A stretch of 22,681 nucleotides of DNA from a bacterium (GTDB taxonomy: Bacteria > Electryoneota > Electryoneia > Electryoneales > Electryoneaceae), in NCBI GenBank assembly GCA_043801585.1, contig JAZDLX010000186.1, positions 1 to 22,681 of the forward strand, given 5' to 3'. The position numbers and the translations under genes are program-made. Below are positions 16,861 through 22,681 of this stretch, in pieces; position 1 is the first letter of the stretch, and each line of letters starts with the position of its first letter. The notes under the pieces were generated by a model. That model worked only from the letters and a program-made list of their open reading frames with translations, had not been told where the DNA came from and did no database searches.

Positions 16861-16889
16861 AAGTTAGGTGATTGCCCTTCCGTGGGCAA
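16861..16889 (-). promoter_or_regulatory. Putative sigma70 promoter of sdhCDAB with a palindrome over the -35
   Basis: TTGCCC-N17-TAACTT; TTGCCC-N6-GGGCAA inverted repeat at 16872-16889. Confidence 0.4.
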
Positions 16890-17031
16890 ACGGAGGGAGA
16901 GCGGACAGATTCTCATTTTTCCCAACTTAGAGTCAGATAGAACAAGGTGTTAGCATCAACAAACTTTTAACCGTATCGTTGCCTCAGGCAGCAGTCATCG
17001 TGTCTTGACAGGTCAGAAGCTTACGCCTGTT

Positions 17032-17838
17032 CTACGGAGTCAATCTCAACTCTCCCGCAAGATTTGTCCGTGAGCTGCCGACGATTTCCACGCGTTCGCC
17101 CTTCGCCCGGACGAGAAGATGGCCCCCTCGCGAGGAAGCCTGGAAAGCACGGAGTTCCGTCTTGCCCAATCGCTCCGCAAACCAGGGCGTAAGTACACAG
17201 TGCGCCGATCCGGTGACCGGGTCTTCGTCGATGCCGAGACGGGGCGCGAACATGCGCGAGATGAAATCGAACTCCGGGTCATCGGACTTCGCCGCTACAA
17301 TCACCGCATGCTGGGGATACTTGCGGACGAGATTGAAATCCGGCTTCAACGCTCGCACCGTTTCATCGTCCGGGGCGATCAGCAGCAGAAAATCTGACGT
17401 ACTGGCGCCGGCATAGGCGCGGCAGAAACCGAACGCAGCCGCAGTATCCGGATCGGGATCTTCCTCCAGCGGAATCGGTGGAGAGGCGGGGAAGTCGAGG
17501 GCAACGTCATCCCCTTCACGCCGAGCGATCAGAATTCCACTGCGCGTGTGAAACGAAAGCTGCTGAGCCTCCGGTTCGAATCCTTCGTTGAAGAGAACAT
17601 GAGCGCTGGCAAGCGTTGCGTGGCCGCAAAGGTCCACTTCGACGGCGGGGGTAAACCAGCGAAGGTCGTACTCCGATTTGCTCTTTCTGACGAGGTAGGC
17701 GGTTTCACTGTGCCGCATTTCCGCGGCGAAGGAGAGCATCCACGCGTCCTCGGGAAAGCTGTCTAGGAGCAGAACGGCCGCCTGGTTGCCCGCAAAAGGC
17801 TCGGAAGCAAACGCGTCGATGACGAAAAGGTTGTTCAT
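17032..17838 (-). CDS. PhzF-family isomerase/epimerase
   Basis: IDAFASEPFAGNQAAV, SETAY, LRWFTPAVEVDLCGHATLA, SRMFAP..GIDEDPVTGSAHC, QASSRGG. Confidence 0.93.
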   Translation of the reverse strand: MNNLFVIDAFASEPFAGNQAAVLLLDSFPEDAWMLSFAAEMRHSETAYLVRKSKSEYDLRWFTPAVEVDLCGHATLASAHVLFNEGFEPEAQQLSFHTRSGILIARREGDDVALDFPASPPIPLEEDPDPDTAAAFGFCRAYAGASTSDFLLLIAPDDETVRALKPDFNLVRKYPQHAVIVAAKSDDPEFDFISRMFAPRLGIDEDPVTGSAHCVLTPWFAERLGKTELRAFQASSRGGHLLVRAKGERVEIVGSSRTNLAGELRLTP

Positions 17839-17917
17839 GAGAGGATCTCCCTGGATACGGCTCCATTAGATAACCCAACCAATAATGAATTTAAAAAGGT
17901 TGGATATCAATCAAGCG

Positions 17918-19297
17918 TCAGATCCACGTAAAACGGGCTCGGAAATGCCTCAGGAGGGCGGGTTCCCAGGTAAAACAGAGACCCCTCAGTTGGGAGCGGC
18001 GTTCGTAGACGCGCTGGACGACATCGCGAACGTAAAGCAGGTGATTTTCCGTATAGACTCTGCGGGGAATCGCCAGACGGACCATTTCGAGTCTGGGCGG
18101 GCGGTTCTGGCGTGTGACCGGATCACGGTCGGCAAGCACGGTGCCGATCTCGACCGCACGCACCCCACCTTCAAGATAGAGCTCGCAGACAAGCGCCTGT
18201 GCGTGGAGTTTCTCCGCGTCGAAATGGGGTACAAACTGTTTGACGTCAAGGTAGGCCGCGTGCCCGCCCGGCGGATGAACGACAGGAATGCCGTCTTCGT
18301 GCAGGCCGTTCACGAGCCGCTCAACCTGTCCGATCCGTGCGGTCAGGTACTCCTCATCAAGCCCTTCGACGAGTCCCACCGCGAGGGCCTCCATATCCCT
18401 CCCTGAAAGTCCACCGTAGGTGAGGAATCCCTCAAAGAGAACGTTGAAGTTTGCACACAGGTCGTAAGTTTCCTCATCACGCAGGGCGAGGATGCCGCCG
18501 ATGTTGACATTTGCGTCCTTTTTCGCGGACATTGTGGCGCCGTCGGCGTGTGCGAAGATGTCCAGCGCGATCTCCTCGATGGAGCGATTTTCCTGGCCCT
18601 TTTCCCGATGCTTGATGAACCAGGAGTTCTCGGCAAACCGGGCGGCGTCGATGTACAGTTTAAGCTTCCTCGAATGGCAAAACGCCGCGACCTCGTTGAT
18701 GTTCTCGAGCGAGACCGGTTGTCCGCCGCCTGAGTTGTTGGTTACGGTGATCAGCACGAAGGGGATTTTCCCGGCCCCCGCCTCTTTGACGACTCCCTCC
18801 AGTTTGGCGAGATCGATGTTGCCCTTGAAAAGGCTTTCATCTCCGGGAACGAAACAGGCATCCACGGTGCAGTCCACGGCAAAAGCTTTCCTGTATTCAA
18901 TGTGGGCTTTTGTCGTATCGAAATGGCTGTTTCCGGGGATGACGTCCCCTTCCTTGATCAAAGCGGAATGGAGGACATTTTCGGCTGCGCGGCCCTGGTG
19001 CGTGGGCAAAACGTACTCGAATCCCATCACGCGCCTGACCGTCTCCTGCAACCGAAAGAACGAGGGACTGCCGGCGTACGACTCATCGCCCAGCATCAGC
19101 GCGGACCATTGCCCTTCGCTCATCGCGCCGGTGCCGCTGTCGGTCAGAAGATCAATGAAAACCTTTTCTGCGGGAAGGTTGAAAACGTTCAATCCGGCAT
19201 CCTGCAACGCCTGTTCCCGGTGCTCACGGGGGAGGAGATGAATCGGTTCAGTCATTTTGATTTTGTAGGGTTCAGGATTGAAAGGCAGCCTTTGCAT
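17918..19297 (-). CDS. tnaA: Tryptophanase (PLP beta-eliminating lyase)
   Basis: EPYKIKMTEPI, IDLLTDSGT, GDESYAGS, THQGRAAE, MSAKKD (PLP Lys), RLAIPRRVYT, LRHF. SAKKD and LRHF favour tryptophanase over tyrosine phenol-lyase (SGKKD, LRFF). GAGGAG RBS before ATG 19297. Confidence 0.85.
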   Translation of the reverse strand: MQRLPFNPEPYKIKMTEPIHLLPREHREQALQDAGLNVFNLPAEKVFIDLLTDSGTGAMSEGQWSALMLGDESYAGSPSFFRLQETVRRVMGFEYVLPTHQGRAAENVLHSALIKEGDVIPGNSHFDTTKAHIEYRKAFAVDCTVDACFVPGDESLFKGNIDLAKLEGVVKEAGAGKIPFVLITVTNNSGGGQPVSLENINEVAAFCHSRKLKLYIDAARFAENSWFIKHREKGQENRSIEEIALDIFAHADGATMSAKKDANVNIGGILALRDEETYDLCANFNVLFEGFLTYGGLSGRDMEALAVGLVEGLDEEYLTARIGQVERLVNGLHEDGIPVVHPPGGHAAYLDVKQFVPHFDAEKLHAQALVCELYLEGGVRAVEIGTVLADRDPVTRQNRPPRLEMVRLAIPRRVYTENHLLYVRDVVQRVYERRSQLRGLCFTWEPALLRHFRARFTWI

Positions 19298-19389
19298 GCT
19301 CTCCTCGCGGCGTTGAGTTCCGTAGTATCGTTTCATCGGGTCATGAAACGGGAAATCAATCGACTATCTTTTCGATAGCGGCTGAACGC

Positions 19390-19418
19390 AAGGTACACGG
19401 AGGTCCCGAACGGGTCAA
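19390..19418 (-). promoter_or_regulatory. Putative sigma70 promoter for tnaA
   Basis: TTGACC-N17-TACCTT. Confidence 0.55.
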
Positions 19419-19468
19419 GCAACCCGCTCCCTGCCCCCAATAGCGGCCTTGAAGAGGGGAAGCGCAGG

Positions 19469-19497
19469 TTGACGCTTCCCCCGCCACGAGCTATCTT
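19469..19497 (+). promoter_or_regulatory. Putative sigma70 promoter for the MBL hydrolase-kdsB-pyrG cluster
   Basis: TTGACG-N17-TATCTT, divergent from the tnaA promoter. Confidence 0.6.
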
Positions 19498-19552
19498 AGC
19501 CGCGGGCTTGACTACTGGAGCTCGTTCCCCTGGTCCTTCGAGAGAATCGAAA

Positions 19553-20185
19553 ATGAACGATCATCCTCATACCGAACGGATTGACTGGCTGGGACACGCT
19601 TCCTTTCGTTTACGCGGCAGCGTGATCATCTACATCGACCCATGGAAATTGTCCACCGCTCCCCGTGACGGAAACCTGATTCTTGTGACACACAACCATT
19701 ACGATCACTATTCACCCCAGGATATTCACAAGGCTGCGCTGGCCAATGCAACCGTAGTCGTCCCAAAAAGCATTCGACAGAAAGTCGACTGGCCGAAAGT
19801 TGTTGCGTTGGCTCCCGGAGAATCGACGACCATCAACGGAGTGCGTATCGCCGCCGTTCCCGCTTACAACACGAACAAGGACTATCATCCTCGCGGGGAA
19901 GGATGGGTGGGATACATCATCACACTTGACGGCGTCCGCATTTACCACGCCGGGGACACGGACCTGATCCCTGAAATGAGAGACGTCGAGTGCGATGTGG
20001 CGCTGCTCCCGATCTCAGGCACCTACGTGATGACAGCGACCGAAGCGATCCAGGCTGCGGAACTCGTTTCCGCGAAAGCGGCAATCCCGATGCATTGGGG
20101 TGATATTATCGGTGACGATGCAGATGCGCGGGTGTTCAAGGAGGGCGCCCCCTGCGAAGTGGTGATCAAGGAGCCGGTCGGGTGA
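19553..20185 (+). CDS. MBL-fold metallo-hydrolase (UlaG/UPF0173-like)
   Basis: WLGHASF, IYIDPW, THNHYDH (HxHxDH), IYHAGDTD, LLPISG.Y.M, IPMHWG; start moved to ATG 19553, downstream of the promoter. Confidence 0.9.
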   Translation: MNDHPHTERIDWLGHASFRLRGSVIIYIDPWKLSTAPRDGNLILVTHNHYDHYSPQDIHKAALANATVVVPKSIRQKVDWPKVVALAPGESTTINGVRIAAVPAYNTNKDYHPRGEGWVGYIITLDGVRIYHAGDTDLIPEMRDVECDVALLPISGTYVMTATEAIQAAELVSAKAAIPMHWGDIIGDDADARVFKEGAPCEVVIKEPVG

Positions 20186-20288
20186 GCGCCCGTCTCCGGG
20201 CGCCTCGCCGGTTCAGCACCGGCCATCCAGCGGTTCGAAATCGATACCGCCTCACCGTTGTCCCCCTCCCCGCACGGAGGGTTCCGCG

Positions 20289-21020
20289 ATGAAGACCACT
20301 GTCCTCGGAGTCATTCCCGCCAGATGGGGTTCCACCCGTTTACCCGGCAAGATGATGGTCGATATCGCGGGAAAACCGCTGATCCTGCACACGTTGCTGA
20401 ATGCCTCCCACTCCTCGACCATCAGCAGGTTGATGGTCGCTACGGACGATGAACGGATCGCCGGCGCGGTGCGCGACGCCGGATTCGAAACGGTGATGAC
20501 CGATCCGAACCTGCCCTCAGGCTCAGACCGGGTATGGGCGGTTGCGAAGGATCAGAATGAGAAAATCATCGTCAACATTCAGGGCGACGAACCTCTCCTC
20601 CCGGTGGCAGTGATCGATCGAACGGTCGCCCTGCTCACCAGCTCGCCTCAATTTGACGTGACAACGGCAGCGTGTCCGCTTCCGCTGGAACGTCACGCCG
20701 ATCCGGGCGCGGTGAAAGTTGTTACCGCACTTGATGGGAGGGCGCTCTATTTCTCACGCTCCCCGATCCCCTATGGCCGTGAAGGCAAACTGGACCCATC
20801 CCTGGTCCGCCTCCACGTGGGACTTTATGTGTTCCGGCGGGATGCACTGAAAGCATTCTGCAGCTGGAAACCGACTCCTCTCGAACAAACGGAAAAGCTG
20901 GAGCAATTGCGCATGCTCGAGCACGGGATGAACCTGGGTGTCGTTGATGTTCCGGTCGCGGGACGAGGGGTGGATACTCAGGAAGATCTTGAACTTGTTC
21001 GCAGAGCATTGGGCGGCTGA
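20289..21020 (+). CDS. kdsB: 3-deoxy-manno-octulosonate cytidylyltransferase (CMP-KDO synthetase)
   Basis: IPARWGSTRLPGK, VATDD, SGSDRV, NIQGDEP, ALYFSRSPIP, HVGLY, LEQTEKLEQLR, VDTQEDL. Confidence 0.95.
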   Translation: MKTTVLGVIPARWGSTRLPGKMMVDIAGKPLILHTLLNASHSSTISRLMVATDDERIAGAVRDAGFETVMTDPNLPSGSDRVWAVAKDQNEKIIVNIQGDEPLLPVAVIDRTVALLTSSPQFDVTTAACPLPLERHADPGAVKVVTALDGRALYFSRSPIPYGREGKLDPSLVRLHVGLYVFRRDALKAFCSWKPTPLEQTEKLEQLRMLEHGMNLGVVDVPVAGRGVDTQEDLELVRRALGG

Positions 21021-21083
21021 TTTCGCTAACGGGCACTGAGAACTTTATCTTGAAACGCAGGTTTGCGAAGGGCAGGGAAACCG

Positions 21084-22681
21084 ATGGCAGCGAAGGCAAG
21101 ACGGAAAACGGGTGGGAGCAAACGACACATCCCACGTGCGAAGTACGTATTCATCACCGGCGGTGTCGTCTCCAGCCTCGGTAAAGGCATCACCGCCTCC
21201 TCCCTCGCCCTGCTGCTCAAAAATCGTGGCTACCGGGTGGCGACTCTCAAGTGCGACCCTTACCTCAATGTGGACCCCGGGACGATGAATCCCTTCCAGC
21301 ATGGCGAGGTTTACGTCACGGACGATGGCGCGGAAACGGACCTCGACCTCGGCCATTACGAACGGTTCACCAACACCTCGATGTCGCGTCTCAACAGCGT
21401 CACCTCGGGTCAGATCTATGAGAAGGTGATCCAGCGCGAACGCGATGGCGAGTACCTCGGGGGAACGGTTCAGGTGATCCCTCACGTCACCAATGAAGTC
21501 ATCGAGCGCATCTGTGAGCTCGCCGAATCCGAGGAAAAACCGCAGGTGATCATCACCGAAGTCGGGGGAACTGTCGGCGACATCGAATCGCTGCCGTTCC
21601 TCGAGGCGTTCCGTCAGTTCAGCCTGCGTATCGGCCCGCGAAACAGTCTCTTCATCCACGTAACCCTTCTTCCCTACATCGCCGCCGCCGATGAGCTGAA
21701 AACAAAACCGACGCAGCACAGCGTCAACCGGCTGCGCGAAATCGGTTTGCAGCCCAGCGTCATCGTCTGCCGCAGCGAGAAGGCGGTAACACGGGACTTG
21801 AGGGAGAAGATCGGCCTGTTCTGCAACGTCAGCCCAAAAGATGTTTTCGCCGCACGAGATGCCGAGACGATTTATGAGGTTCCCCTGATGCTCGAGAAGG
21901 AAGGCCTCGCGAAATCGGTCCTCGGGAAACTCGGCTTGAAGGACCGTGAGCCGGACATGACGATGTGGGCAGACAGGGTCGAGAGAATCAAGAAACCATC
22001 CAGCACCGTGAACATCGCCGTGGTTGGCAAATACGTGGGACTTCAGGACGCGTACAAATCCATCGGCGAAGCATTTATTCATGCTGGTTCGGAACTCGAT
22101 ACGGCTGTAAAAGCGACCTGGATCGAGGCCGAGGACTTTGAAGTGAAGAGCCCCGAGGAGATTCTCAAGGAGTACGACGGTCTCCTGATTCCGGGAGGAT
22201 TCGGATCACGTGGCACAGAGGGGAAAATCAGCGCGACCCGCTACGCCCGCGAAAACGGCATTCCCTTCTTCGGCATCTGTCTCGGTTTGCAGATGGCGGT
22301 GATCGAATACGCACGGAATGTGGCGGGAATCAAGAACGCCACCTCAAGCGAATTCGGACATGGCCGCAACGCGCTGATCGACCTGATGCCGACGCAACGG
22401 GGAGTGACGAAAAAAGGTGGAACCATGCGTCTCGGCTCCTGGGCGTGCCATCTGAAAAAAGGCACCCGGGCTTTTGAAGCCTACGGCACAGAGCTGATCC
22501 ACGAGCGGCACCGCCACCGTTATGAATTCAACAACAAATTCAAAGCAAGGATGGAACAGGCGGGCCTGGTATTTTCGGGCGTCAACCCCGATGTGGACCT
22601 GATCGAGATGATCGAGCTCACCGATCACCCCTGGTTCGTCGGGTGTCAGTTCCATCCGGAGTTGAAAAGCCGGCTGGCGAA
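21084..22681 (+). CDS. pyrG: CTP synthase (3' end beyond the window; absent from the ORF track)
   Basis: Translated by hand from ATG 21084: KYVFITGGVVSSLGKG, DPYLNVDPGTMNPFQHGEV, GGTVGDIESLPF, PGGFG.RG, GICLGLQ, ERHRHRYE, CQFHPE; the final motifs are in the same frame as the start. Confidence 0.96.
   Translation, partial: MAAKARRKTGGSKRHIPRAKYVFITGGVVSSLGKGITASSLALLLKNRGYRVATLKCDPYLNVDPGTMNPFQHGEVYVTDDGAETDLDLGHYERFTNTSMSRLNSVTSGQIYEKVIQRERDGEYLGGTVQVIPHVTNEVIERICELAESEEKPQVIITEVGGTVGDIESLPFLEAFRQFSLRIGPRNSLFIHVTLLPYIAAADELKTKPTQHSVNRLREIGLQPSVIVCRSEKAVTRDLREKIGLFCNVSPKDVFAARDAETIYEVPLMLEKEGLAKSVLGKLGLKDREPDMTMWADRVERIKKPSSTVNIAVVGKYVGLQDAYKSIGEAFIHAGSELDTAVKATWIEAEDFEVKSPEEILKEYDGLLIPGGFGSRGTEGKISATRYARENGIPFFGICLGLQMAVIEYARNVAGIKNATSSEFGHGRNALIDLMPTQRGVTKKGGTMRLGSWACHLKKGTRAFEAYGTELIHERHRHRYEFNNKFKARMEQAGLVFSGVNPDVDLIEMIELTDHPWFVGCQFHPELKSRLA

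Noticed and set aside
20186..20223. Two small GC hairpins after the MBL hydrolase gene as a terminator or REP
   Set aside because: No T-tail and no GTAG/GTGG leader; short stems are expected at this GC content.
21045..22082. 345-aa - strand ORF (and 22344-22655)
   Set aside because: Antisense shadow of pyrG, which the ORF track missed because it runs off the window end.

Overview
GC-rich bacterial chromosomal segment. A C-terminal Por/T9SS-type sorting tail and kdsB point to a Gram-negative, probably FCB-group organism (inference). Housekeeping content: SagB-type nitroreductase, methylcrotonyl-CoA carboxylase beta subunit, sdhCDAB, PhzF-family protein, tryptophanase, MBL-fold hydrolase, kdsB and a partial pyrG, plus several secreted or outer-membrane proteins and an EamA transporter. 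Three accessory elements interrupt this backbone. (1) A REP-associated tyrosine transposase (RAYT) is bracketed by GTAG-REP hairpins; three form a 44-bp-period array and the fourth truncates a secreted-protein gene. (2) An AT-rich orphan membrane-protein gene lies just downstream of the carboxylase gene. (3) An AT-rich type II restriction-modification pair (N4/N6 methyltransferase fused to a degenerate thermonuclease-like domain, plus an MjaI-family endonuclease) sits between sdhA and sdhB, flanked by a 9-bp direct repeat. Both AT-rich inserts have ATATCA-core repeats at their edges. Also present: a sigma54-type promoter with tandem activator-like sites upstream of two paralogous beta-barrel genes, an esterase gene split by one in-frame TAA, a 30-bp-arm hairpin, and a distant REP-like doublet. 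All family assignments come from motif recognition by eye; no searches were run.
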